A DNA stretch of 43,314 nt from Candidatus Kerfeldbacteria bacterium (GCA_016207275.1 JACQPY010000005.1:1-43314), one strand, 5' to 3'; shown: positions 24,878-32,474, counted from the stretch's first letter. Notes: generated by a model not told the origin, from the letters alone. Numbers and translations are program-made.

Positions 24878-25582
24878 ATGCCTGACCTAACTGTTTTCTC
24901 CAAACTGGAAACCGACCTCGGGGTCACTTTTAGCCGCCGCGACCTGCTGGTGCAGGCGTTTACCCACCGTTCGTACCTGAACGAGAATCCAGGCTTCAAG
25001 CTCAGCCATAACGAGCGGCTGGAGTTTTTGGGTGACGCCGTGCTCGAGCTGATCGTGACCGAGCATCTCTACCACACCTTCCCCAACCCCGAGGGCGACC
25101 TCACCAACCTGCGGGCCAGCCTGGTCAACGCCAAGACCCTGGCCGAGGTGGCGCTGTCGTTGAACTTCGACACCTACCTGCTGCTGTCGCGCGGCGAGGC
25201 CAAGGATACGAACTCGAAAGCCCGGCACACCATCCTGGCCAACGCGGTTGAGGCCCTGATCGGCGCGATCTACCTTGACCAGGGCATGGCGGTGGTCAAG
25301 CGGTTCATTGAGCAGCACCTCCTGACCAGGCTCGACGCCATCGTGGCCGGACAGAAGTACCGCGACCCGAAGAGCACCTTCCAAGAGTTTGCCCAGAAGT
25401 ACGTCAACGTTACGCCAGCCTACAAGGTGCTGGCCGAGTGGGGGCCTGACCACGACAAGCATTTCCGCGTCGGGGTGTACTTGGGTGAGGAAGAGGTAGC
25501 CGTCGGCGAGGGACAGTCGAAGCAAGAGGCGCAGGTGGCCGCCGCCGCCGCCGCCATCACCGTCAAAGGGTGGGGCGGGTGA
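24878..25582 (+). CDS. rnc: ribonuclease III
   Basis: Signature ERLEFLGDAVLELIV, a second catalytic block NAVEALIGAIYLD and a C-terminal dsRBD. Confidence 0.95.
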   Translation: MPDLTVFSKLETDLGVTFSRRDLLVQAFTHRSYLNENPGFKLSHNERLEFLGDAVLELIVTEHLYHTFPNPEGDLTNLRASLVNAKTLAEVALSLNFDTYLLLSRGEAKDTNSKARHTILANAVEALIGAIYLDQGMAVVKRFIEQHLLTRLDAIVAGQKYRDPKSTFQEFAQKYVNVTPAYKVLAEWGPDHDKHFRVGVYLGEEEVAVGEGQSKQEAQVAAAAAAITVKGWGG

Positions 25583-25663
25583 TCCCGTTAGAAGCCATTG
25601 CGGTATTGCAACGTCAGATGAAATTATATATCAGAGCTCATGCAGCGGGGCTTCTAACGGGAT
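25582..25663. repeat. REPIN/MITE-like element, ATCCCGTTAGA terminal inverted repeats (copy 1)
   Basis: ATCCCGTTAGAAG ... CTTCTAACGGGAT: 13-bp perfect arms around 56 nt. The first base is the last base of the rnc stop codon. Confidence 0.65.
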
Positions 25664-25664
25664 G

Positions 25665-25743
25665 ATCCCGTTAGAGCGCCCGGTACGCAGCGTCGGTCAT
25701 GTTGGAAACATTTTCGTGCTGTCAGCTAACACTCTAACGGGAT
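25665..25743. repeat. REPIN/MITE-like element, ATCCCGTTAGA terminal inverted repeats (copy 2)
   Basis: ATCCCGTTAGAG ... CTCTAACGGGAT. The final GGGAT supplies the AT of the next gene's ATG (25742). Confidence 0.65.
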
Positions 25744-26245
25744 GAACATTCCCAACGTCCTAACCTCGGCGATCTTCCTGGCCACGTTTGCCGTCACCAT
25801 CGTCGGTTTGGTCAGCATCGTTTTCCCGTTCCTGCCCTCGATTCCGGTCATTTGGTTAGGGATCTTTTTGTACGGCGTTGGCACCAACTTTCAGGTCGTC
25901 GATTCCAGCTTTATGCTGCTGATTTCGCTGCTGGCCTTCGCCACTATTTTTCTGGACTACACGACCAGCGTCTGGGGCCTGAAAAAGTACCACGGCAGCG
26001 CCTGGGGGATTTTGGGGGCGGTGGCCGGCGGCTTGATCGGCTCGCTGTTCGGCATCCTCGGCGGCTTCGTCATCGGGCCGATCTCCGGGGCGGTGGTGTT
26101 CGAAATGCTGCGCGGTCGCGACAACGTCTTTGGGATCGAGACCGACCGCTTCACCATCGTCGGCTTCGTCGGCGGCACCCTGGTCAAGTTTTCGGTCGGC
26201 GTGGCGATGATCGGGTTGTTCCTTTGGAAAATTATCACGGCTTAA
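25742..26245 (+). CDS. DUF456-family membrane protein
   Basis: 167 aa with four or five TM helices. The N-terminal pattern FPFLPSIPVIWLGIFLYG and the Gly-rich helices are typical of DUF456. Confidence 0.7.
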   Translation: MNIPNVLTSAIFLATFAVTIVGLVSIVFPFLPSIPVIWLGIFLYGVGTNFQVVDSSFMLLISLLAFATIFLDYTTSVWGLKKYHGSAWGILGAVAGGLIGSLFGILGGFVIGPISGAVVFEMLRGRDNVFGIETDRFTIVGFVGGTLVKFSVGVAMIGLFLWKIITA

Positions 26246-26253
26246 TAAAACGT

Positions 26254-26333
26254 TTGACACTTGACTTTTGACGTTTGACCAGAGGCTACGCATGCTAACA
26301 GTTGGGAACGTCAAATGTTAACAGTCAAACGTC
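26254..26333. promoter_or_regulatory. array of TTGAC heptads with inverted GTCAA partners upstream of smc
   Basis: TTGAC starts at 26254, 26261, 26268 and 26275 (exact 7-nt period). GTCAA occurs at 26310 and 26324. GACGTTTGAC (26270-26279) and GTCAAACGTC (26324-26333) form a perfect 10-bp inverted repeat. Confidence 0.4.
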
Positions 26334-26348
26334 ACATGTCTGACTAGT

Positions 26349-28994
26349 ATGCACCTGGAGCGCCTTGAGGTTCAGGGTTTTAAATCGTTTGCCAGCAAAA
26401 CCGAGCTTGAGTTCGGTCGCGGCGTCACGGCGATTGTCGGGCCGAACGGCTCGGGTAAGTCGAACATTGCCGACGCCGTGCGCTGGGTTTTAGGTGAACA
26501 ATCATTAAAGTTGATCCGCGGCAAAAAGGCCGAGGACGTCATTTTTGCCGGCTCCGATAAAAAAACGAAGCTCGGCGCAGCCGAGGTGTCGCTGTACTTG
26601 AATAACGAAGATCGAGCCGCGCCGATTGATTTCTCCGAACTGGTGATTACCCGTCGGGTCTACCGTGACGGCGTCGGCGAATACCTGGTCAACAAACGAC
26701 CGGTGCGACTGCAGGATATCCAAATGCTGCTGGCTAAGGCCAATTTCGGTCAACGGACGTACTCGGTCATCGGCCAGGGCATGGTCGACTCATTCTTGGT
26801 GACCAGTCCGCAGGAACGAAAACACTTTTTTGATGAAGCCGCCGGCGTGCGGCAATACCAACTCAAGCGTGAGCAGGCGATCAGCAAGCTCGAGCACACT
26901 CGGGAGAACTTGCGTCAGGCCGAAGCCTTGCTGCAGGAAATTGAACCGCGGCTCCGTTCGTTGACCAGACAGGTTCGTCGGCTGGAGCGCCGGACCGAGG
27001 TCGAGCAGCAGCTAACGGAAGCCCAGGTCAAGGCCTACCGCGGGATGTGGCAAGAACTGCGGCAGCACCTGTCCAAGGCACAAGCTCAGTTGAGCCAATT
27101 CGAGGCCGAACGAGGCAAGCATGACCAGGCGGTTCAGCGCCTCAACCGTCAGCTGTCACAGCTCGAGCAAGAGCAGTCGCGATCCGAGGTTTTTTCCGCC
27201 CTCCAGCGGGAGTTTGAACGGGCGCAGGCCGACAAAGGGGTGCTGCTGGCCGAACAAGCGGTGCTCAAGGGTCAGCGCGACGCCGCCTTTGCGCAGCAAG
27301 GTAAGGTCAACGTGGTGTGGTTGGAAAAGCAAGCGGCGGCGGTGGCCCAGCAGCTGGCCGACGTTGCTGGCGAAGTGACCGTCCTGGAGCACGGTCTCGG
27401 CGTCGAGCAGTCGAAGTTGACCGCGCTCGAAGCTGAGGAAGCACAGCGCCGAAAGGGCTACCAGAAACTGGAGGATGAGGTGCATAAGGCCCACACGGCC
27501 TTGGCCCAAGGCGCCGTGACCGTGCCGGAGGTCCAGCGCGAATTTACTGAGTTCGTCGCGTTCGAGCAGGCTTTCGTGGCTGAGCTGCGGGCAGTAACCT
27601 CGCCCGAACAGCTGGCCAAGTTGCAGCGACAAGCCAATGAACTTGAGGAGCGCACCGCACGGCTAGGTTCGCGGCTGGAGCGAATCGGCGCGACGGTCAC
27701 GGCCGAGCAGGTCATCCAGCTGCAAGACAAGGTTCGGCAGGCGCTGCGGGTCCGCGATGAAGCCATGCAACGGGCCAACGACCTTCGCCTGTCAGTGCAG
27801 TTGAAGACGGAGAAGCGGTCGCAGCTCGAGCGTGGTCACGAACGGCTGGTTAATGAGCGGGATCGGCTGCAGCGCGAACTGGCCCGGGCAAGCGCGGAGA
27901 CCAAAGAAGACGCCGCGGCGATGTTCCGCGAACAGTCTGAAACGTTGACCGCCAAGATCGCCGCCGTTGACCAGCGGCTATCCAAAGTCACCGCCGACCT
28001 GCAGCGGTTCAACCAAGCCGAGACCGAGAAGCGCGATGAGCTTTTCCGCGTCCAGCGCGAGCTGCGGTCGGCCCAAGACCAGCTCAACCAAGTGGTAACA
28101 GAGCAGAACGAGGTTAAGGTCGAAGTGGCGCGGCTGGAAACTCGCCAGCAAGACGTCGAACGTGAAATTCGGGAGGAGGTTAAAGAAGCAGCCTGGGCAG
28201 CGATTTTCGACCGCCCCGAAGCGACGTCACCGCCAACCCCCGAGCAGCTCGACGAGGTGCAACGGTTGAAGCACCAGCTCGGCTTGATCGGCGGTCTCGA
28301 TGAGGCAGTTGAAAAAGAGTACACCGACACCAAAGAACGCTACACTTTTTTGAAAACACAGTACGATGATTTAATCAAAGCCGCGGGCCAACTCGAACAG
28401 GGTATTGCCGAGCTCGACCGGACCATAAAGGAGCGGTTCGATGAGGCATTTCATAAGATTAACGAGGAGTTCGGCAAGTTTTTCAAAACGCTGTTCAGCG
28501 GCGGTTCGGCCAAGCTGGTGCTCCTAAAAGAGGAGGTAGCTGAAGAAGCGCCAACCGATGAGGAAGGCGAAGGTGAAGATGAAGAAGAGGAAGTGGTGCC
28601 GAAGCAGACTGGCGAGAAAGTGGTGACGGGCATTGACATTCAGGCCACGCCGCCGGGTAAGCGGCTCAAGGGCATTGCCATGCTGTCCGGCGGCGAACGG
28701 GCGCTGACGTCGATCGCGCTCATCTGCGCCATCATCGCCAATAATCCCTCACCGTTTGTAGTCTTAGACGAAGTCGACGCCGCCCTCGACGAAGCAAACT
28801 CGCAGCGGTTTGCCGCCATTCTCGAACACCTAGCCAAGCAGACGCAGTTCGTGGTCATCACGCACAACCGCGCGACCATGGAAAAATCCAACATTCTCTA
28901 CGGCGTGACCATGGGCGATGACGGCGTGTCGCGGATGCTGTCGGTCAAGCTGGAAGAAGCGGAGCACGTTATCAAGAAGTACGGAAACAGATAA
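26349..28994 (+). CDS. smc: chromosome segregation ATPase SMC (short, no recognisable hinge)
   Basis: Canonical SMC head: FKSF, GPNGSGKSN, C-terminal LSGGERAL and FVVLDEVDAALD. The position directly downstream of rnc matches the known rnc-smc arrangement. It is only 881 aa, and the middle is continuous heptad-like coiled coil. Confidence 0.85.
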   Translation: MHLERLEVQGFKSFASKTELEFGRGVTAIVGPNGSGKSNIADAVRWVLGEQSLKLIRGKKAEDVIFAGSDKKTKLGAAEVSLYLNNEDRAAPIDFSELVITRRVYRDGVGEYLVNKRPVRLQDIQMLLAKANFGQRTYSVIGQGMVDSFLVTSPQERKHFFDEAAGVRQYQLKREQAISKLEHTRENLRQAEALLQEIEPRLRSLTRQVRRLERRTEVEQQLTEAQVKAYRGMWQELRQHLSKAQAQLSQFEAERGKHDQAVQRLNRQLSQLEQEQSRSEVFSALQREFERAQADKGVLLAEQAVLKGQRDAAFAQQGKVNVVWLEKQAAAVAQQLADVAGEVTVLEHGLGVEQSKLTALEAEEAQRRKGYQKLEDEVHKAHTALAQGAVTVPEVQREFTEFVAFEQAFVAELRAVTSPEQLAKLQRQANELEERTARLGSRLERIGATVTAEQVIQLQDKVRQALRVRDEAMQRANDLRLSVQLKTEKRSQLERGHERLVNERDRLQRELARASAETKEDAAAMFREQSETLTAKIAAVDQRLSKVTADLQRFNQAETEKRDELFRVQRELRSAQDQLNQVVTEQNEVKVEVARLETRQQDVEREIREEVKEAAWAAIFDRPEATSPPTPEQLDEVQRLKHQLGLIGGLDEAVEKEYTDTKERYTFLKTQYDDLIKAAGQLEQGIAELDRTIKERFDEAFHKINEEFGKFFKTLFSGGSAKLVLLKEEVAEEAPTDEEGEGEDEEEEVVPKQTGEKVVTGIDIQATPPGKRLKGIAMLSGGERALTSIALICAIIANNPSPFVVLDEVDAALDEANSQRFAAILEHLAKQTQFVVITHNRATMEKSNILYGVTMGDDGVSRMLSVKLEEAEHVIKKYGNR

Positions 28995-28995
28995 T

Positions 28996-29050
28996 CCGAA
29001 TCTACGAATGTGGGCGAAACTACGAATTTGTTGATTCGTACTATTCGTAG
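28996..29050. repeat. TTCGTA-rich inverted repeats upstream of the GxxExxY ORF
   Basis: CGAATCTACGAAT..CTACGAAT..ATTCGTACTATTCGTAG. The reverse complement of 29534-29572 shares GAATCTACG and GCGAAT blocks with it. Confidence 0.45.
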
Positions 29051-29110
29051 CTTCGAGACGACTCACTGCCCTGTTGACAAAAGAAGCATAATACTATATA
29101 CGAGATATAG

Positions 29111-29560
29111 GTGGCGATGGTTAACGCCGCCGGATTTATTATGGAAACATCAAGGACCCTGCGAAAAGATATTATTGAAAAGGAGTTGTCATATCAATTG
29201 GTAGGCATTTTCTTTCACGTGCAGGAACAGTTAGGAAGATATTGTCGAGAGATTCAATATTGCGATGCCCTTGAACAAGAATTGAAAATCCGAAAAATAC
29301 AGTATCAACGAGAATATTCCATTCCGGTTGCTGGCAGATTATCGAATCGAATTGACTTTCTCATTGCCGCTCGTGTGATTGTCGACGTTAAGGCTAAACC
29401 ATTCGTCGAACGTGAGGATTACGACCAGATGCGCAGGTATCTTCAGAGTGCTAATGTCAAACTCGGAATGATTGTCAATTTCCGAAATAAATTTCTTCTA
29501 CCAAAACGCGTTCTGAACCCTGCTTACGAACCCCATTCGCATAATTCGCATCTTCCGTAG
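29111..29560 (+). CDS. GxxExxY family protein (PD-(D/E)XK-like; often encoded in rRNA intervening sequences)
   Basis: ELSYQLVGIFFHV, CREIQYCDALEQEL, RIDFLIAARVIVDVKA and GMIVNF match the family layout. The segment is AT-rich. The likely start is METSRT at 29141. Confidence 0.8.
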   Translation: MAMVNAAGFIMETSRTLRKDIIEKELSYQLVGIFFHVQEQLGRYCREIQYCDALEQELKIRKIQYQREYSIPVAGRLSNRIDFLIAARVIVDVKAKPFVEREDYDQMRRYLQSANVKLGMIVNFRNKFLLPKRVLNPAYEPHSHNSHLP

Positions 29561-29572
29561 ATTCGTACTATA
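29534..29572. repeat. TTCGTA-rich repeat at the 3' end of the GxxExxY ORF
   Basis: CATTCGCATAATTCGCATCTTCCGTAGATTCGTACTATA, the inverted partner of 28996-29050. Confidence 0.45.
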
Positions 29573-29663
29573 CCCATTGACGTTAAGTCGGGGAAAATGG
29601 TAAAGAGCGGTCAGGAGCAGCTCGCTGAAAACTGAATAGCACCTTTTTCGTGAAAGGGCACGT

Positions 29664-29933
29664 ATGGGACCCCAGTGGGTAATTCTCCGTACCTTTGCTC
29701 TGACACGAAATGTCCGAGCATTGGCAGTCGGCGACCTTGTGCAATTCGAGGTTATGAGCGAAGAGAGCCGTTCCATTTCGCGACTGAAGGTAACGATTTC
29801 GAAAGTCTCTGATGTTGATGAGGCTGACGAAAGGCGTAACTTCGAAGGCGAAACGCGGATTGGGAAGAAGTCGATCCTGGTTCAAGGTACGCTGTCGGAA
29901 AAAATCGGATCAGGCCGGATGGTGCAGCGATAA
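29664..29933 (+). CDS. hypothetical small protein (89 aa)
   Basis: ORF directly upstream of the patatin gene on the same strand. No family recognised and no clear SD. Confidence 0.35.
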   Translation: MGPQWVILRTFALTRNVRALAVGDLVQFEVMSEESRSISRLKVTISKVSDVDEADERRNFEGETRIGKKSILVQGTLSEKIGSGRMVQR

Positions 29934-29958
29934 CCAGAATGACGAGGAGGTGAGGACG

Positions 29959-30891
29959 GTGTTCGAATTGCGGCGGAACCATCCGGTGGTTAAGCGGTTG
30001 CGGTGGAAGCAGCAGATGGGTTCAGGCGCCAAGCACATCCGTCCGCTCCTCTTGGTTACGAGCGGCGGGATGCGCGGCGTCTACGGCGGCGGTACGGTTT
30101 TGGCCTTGCGTGAGCTTGGACTACTTGACGCCTTCGACGTGGTCGTCGGAATCTCAGCTGGCGGACCGATCGCCGCCTACAGCTTGGCTGGTGATCAGCA
30201 GGCAGAAGTCGGTGTCTCGGTCTACCTCGAAGAGTGCACCGGCGGTCCACCAACGAACTACCCGTTCATCGCGCTGTATCGACTGTCCAAGATCGTCGAC
30301 GTTGACTTCCTACACTTCGTCTTCGGACTTGGTCGGAAGCGAATTGACGTCGAGGCGGTTCGACGGTCGCGGCCGGACTTCTACCTGGGCGCGTTCAACG
30401 TCGAGACCAGACAGCTCGACGTGATCAACGCCAAGACGGCTGAGCCCGACATGCTGACCGCGATCAAAGCCTCGATGGCGATCGTCGGCTGCGTCGAGGA
30501 GCCGGTCTCGCTGAACGGCAGCCGGTACCTTGACGGCTGGCTTGACCCGTTGCCGCTGCAGCAACTGGTCGAGCGATTTCAGCCGACGGATATGATCGTC
30601 GTGCCCAACTGTACTGTCCAGCAGATGCAGCAGCGGACAACGGTTAGCCCGACCGTGGTGGCGCTGGCAACGCTGGCGCTCCGCTACCGATCGCGTCGGA
30701 TCGTGGAGGCGGTTCTAACGGAACCTCGTCGTATCGCCCAGTCACTGCGCTGGCTGAAGCAGCAGCACCAGGTCAATGTCGGCGTGCTGTGGGCGCCGGA
30801 CAACAGCGTTCATCAGCTGACGACTGATCCGAAGAAGCTTCTAAGGGCTATGAAACTGGCTCACTGGAAGACGTTAGAGGCCTTCAAGTAG
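29959..30891 (+). CDS. patatin-like phospholipase
   Basis: Oxyanion loop TSGGMRG, nucleophile elbow GISAG and catalytic Asp in LDGWLD. The start is GTG 29959, preceded by GAGGAGG. The alternatives are GTG 29950 and ATG 30016; the ORF-track start at 29812 overlaps the upstream ORF. Confidence 0.8.
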   Translation: MFELRRNHPVVKRLRWKQQMGSGAKHIRPLLLVTSGGMRGVYGGGTVLALRELGLLDAFDVVVGISAGGPIAAYSLAGDQQAEVGVSVYLEECTGGPPTNYPFIALYRLSKIVDVDFLHFVFGLGRKRIDVEAVRRSRPDFYLGAFNVETRQLDVINAKTAEPDMLTAIKASMAIVGCVEEPVSLNGSRYLDGWLDPLPLQQLVERFQPTDMIVVPNCTVQQMQQRTTVSPTVVALATLALRYRSRRIVEAVLTEPRRIAQSLRWLKQQHQVNVGVLWAPDNSVHQLTTDPKKLLRAMKLAHWKTLEAFK

Positions 30892-30893
30892 TC

Positions 30894-30945
30894 GCATCAG
30901 CCCCGTACTGCAAAAATTGTGGTACGGGGTCAGCCGGATGCTGAC
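30894..30945 (+). repeat. double-hairpin intergenic module E1
   Basis: CCCCGTAC-N13-GTACGGGG followed by TCAGC-CGGAT-GCTGA. It begins 3 nt after the patatin stop and ends 25 nt before the next ATG. Confidence 0.6.
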
Positions 30946-30969
30946 TGTCGGAACAAAAGGAGGAGTCAC

Positions 30970-31401
30970 ATGCGTCCACGGACAGTTGTTTGGAATCTCG
31001 CAGCAGTTGCGGCGGCTGTATTCCTCGTTATCCTCATCGGGCAGAGGTCAACACAACCTTTGAGGGGGGTCGAAGTTCCTGAGGAATTCAGGGCCTATCT
31101 CAACACGCGCGATTTCCTCGCCAAGGCGGAACTTCTATCGACGCAGCACCTTCTGGAAACCACCGTGCGATGGAAGATCGAAGTGCGCGTACTCGACTGC
31201 TCGGACAAAGCCCTACGAGGCAGCCGCGTCGAGCTGTACTCGCTGCGCCGCCCGCCCGAGCTTCGTCAAGGCGCGATCGTGCTCGTCTACGGAAAGAAGA
31301 CCGTTTCAGACGGCGGTCGTCTCTGGGGAAGCGTCTTGCCAATCGTGACCGGACCCGACGGTCGCAAGCGCGTTGCCCTCGACGACACGGCAGTACCGTG
31401 A
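30970..31401 (+). CDS. hypothetical membrane-anchored protein (143 aa)
   Basis: AAGGAGGAG upstream of the ATG, an N-terminal TM helix (VVWNLAAVAAAVFLVILI) and a beta-rich remainder. Confidence 0.55.
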   Translation: MRPRTVVWNLAAVAAAVFLVILIGQRSTQPLRGVEVPEEFRAYLNTRDFLAKAELLSTQHLLETTVRWKIEVRVLDCSDKALRGSRVELYSLRRPPELRQGAIVLVYGKKTVSDGGRLWGSVLPIVTGPDGRKRVALDDTAVP

Positions 31402-31418
31402 TTTGAAGATCCCGCGCC

Positions 31419-31467
31419 TGCCCCGTACTACAACAGGTTTTAGTAATACGGGGTCAGCCGGAGGCTG
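31419..31467 (+). repeat. double-hairpin intergenic module E2
   Basis: CCCCGTA-N19-TACGGGG followed by TCAGCC-GGA-GGCTGA. Confidence 0.6.
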
Positions 31468-31492
31468 ATTGTTCTCTATGCGGAGGTGACGA

Positions 31493-31675
31493 ATGGCTTC
31501 GAAGAAGGCCGTGAAACTTCCGGAGGAAATCCGGAAAGAAGTACGCGCTCAGGTTCGCGCCTACTTTCAAGAACCGGATGTCTGGATGGAGCGGTACATT
31601 CACTACTGTTTCCAGCGCTGGTTGCGTGAGGGCAAGTTGAAGCTTCCGAGGACGCGGACTCGACGGAAGAAGTAA
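31493..31675 (+). CDS. hypothetical small basic protein (60 aa)
   Basis: GGAGGTG upstream. MASKKAVKLPEEIRKEV...PRTRTRRKK. Confidence 0.5.
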   Translation: MASKKAVKLPEEIRKEVRAQVRAYFQEPDVWMERYIHYCFQRWLREGKLKLPRTRTRRKK

Positions 31676-31687
31676 CTGAGTCAGCCC

Positions 31688-31735
31688 CGTGCTACGTTGG
31701 GTGCGGGGCAGGCCGGATGCTGATTCGTGTCGTAC
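31688..31735 (+). repeat. double-hairpin intergenic module E3
   Basis: CCCCGTGC-N8-GTGCGGGG followed by CAGGCCGGATGCTGA. The 5' GAGTCAGC can alternatively pair with GCTGATTC. Confidence 0.6.
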
Positions 31736-31751
31736 GAAAGGAGAGTTCCCA

Positions 31752-32084
31752 ATGTGGCAGACCCTACTGGAAGGAATCGGTTACCTGATGTTGGTTGCGA
31801 ACCTCGTTCACGCCATCTGGATGATGAAGCGCGTGTTCCCCGTCGATCAAGACAACGACAGCGTGTTCTGCACGCCGTTCAACATCGGTATGGCTGCGGC
31901 CATCTTGACCGCCTTTCCGTTCAGCTTCATGGCGCCGTTTCGTCCGCTGATCTCCGGGTGGTTTCCAGTCTTCATCGCACTCGGCTCGGTCATCTTCCAC
32001 CTGATCTACAACACCCCGATTCTCAGTCGGGCAGCGAAGCATCACGAATTCCGACATGGAGTCAGGTCGTTCTGGATGTTCTAG
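31752..32084 (+). CDS. hypothetical membrane protein (110 aa, about 3 TM helices)
   Basis: AAGGAGAG upstream. MWQTLLEGIGYLMLVANLVHAIWMM... Confidence 0.55.
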   Translation: MWQTLLEGIGYLMLVANLVHAIWMMKRVFPVDQDNDSVFCTPFNIGMAAAILTAFPFSFMAPFRPLISGWFPVFIALGSVIFHLIYNTPILSRAAKHHEFRHGVRSFWMF

Positions 32085-32121
32085 CCCGTCTCATCCGGAA
32101 GCTGACAAGTAAGGAGGGTTG

Positions 32122-32301
32122 ATGACCAAACGCAAAAAGCCCCGACGAAAAACAACGGGGACGAAAGTCCGTCGACCCAGCCTCGCGCGACTGCTCGACG
32201 CGTTGTGGCAAGCGATCGAGAAGCATGACGAGAGAACCTTCAAACTGCCGAAACGGCCGTCGCGCAAATCTTGGATTCACCCAGCCCGTCGGGCCGATTA
32301 G
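32122..32301 (+). CDS. hypothetical small basic protein (59 aa)
   Basis: AAGGAGGG upstream. MTKRKKPRRKTTGTKVRRPSLARLLDALWQAIEKH... It is preceded by a partial module (CCGGAAGCTGA). Confidence 0.45.
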   Translation: MTKRKKPRRKTTGTKVRRPSLARLLDALWQAIEKHDERTFKLPKRPSRKSWIHPARRAD

Positions 32302-32332
32302 ATCTGGAGGATTGCTCGCGAATCGAAAAACA

Positions 32333-32439
32333 CTCCCCGCTCCCATTCTGTCATCCCGAGCGGAGCGAGGGATCTCCACACAAACTGCGGTGTGTTGGAG
32401 ACCCTTCGACTTCGTCTCAGGGTGACAGGGGGCGGGGAG
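32333..32439. repeat. 107-nt nested palindromic element (copy P1)
   Basis: Outer arms CTCCCCGC / GCGGGGAG. Inner 31-nt arms CTGTCATCCCGAGCGGAGCGAGGGATCTCC / GGAGACCCTTCGACTTCGTCTCAGGGTGACAG. Confidence 0.7.
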
Positions 32440-32474
32440 TTGCTGTATCCAGTAATGAGGAATACCCTGAAATC

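Noticed and set aside
380-28333. Large antisense or out-of-frame ORFs inside well-supported genes, for example 380..766, 2731..3411, 13966..14640, 15512..16012, 19628..20080, 24887..25525, 25856..26314, 27156..27632 and 27836..28333. The same applies to 39791..40435.
   Set aside because: These are shadow ORFs, typical of high-GC DNA. Their products are Arg/Ala/Pro/Ser-rich without motifs, and the opposite or alternative frame encodes a recognisable conserved protein.
26349-30891. SMC-like ATPase plus PD-(D/E)XK-like GxxExxY protein plus patatin, read as a Lamassu-type defence system.
   Set aside because: The ATPase has fully canonical SMC head motifs and sits in the conserved rnc-smc position, so it is most likely the housekeeping SMC. 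The GxxExxY ORF is a separately bracketed AT-rich cassette and the patatin gene starts a different transcription unit.
30894-32121. Reading the ORF / structured junction / ORF series after the patatin gene as an integron cassette array with attC sites.
   Set aside because: The modules lack the RYYYAAC / GTTRRRY core sites of attC and are shorter than typical attC sites. No intI integrase or attI is visible. I keep this only as a loose analogy in the patatin finding.
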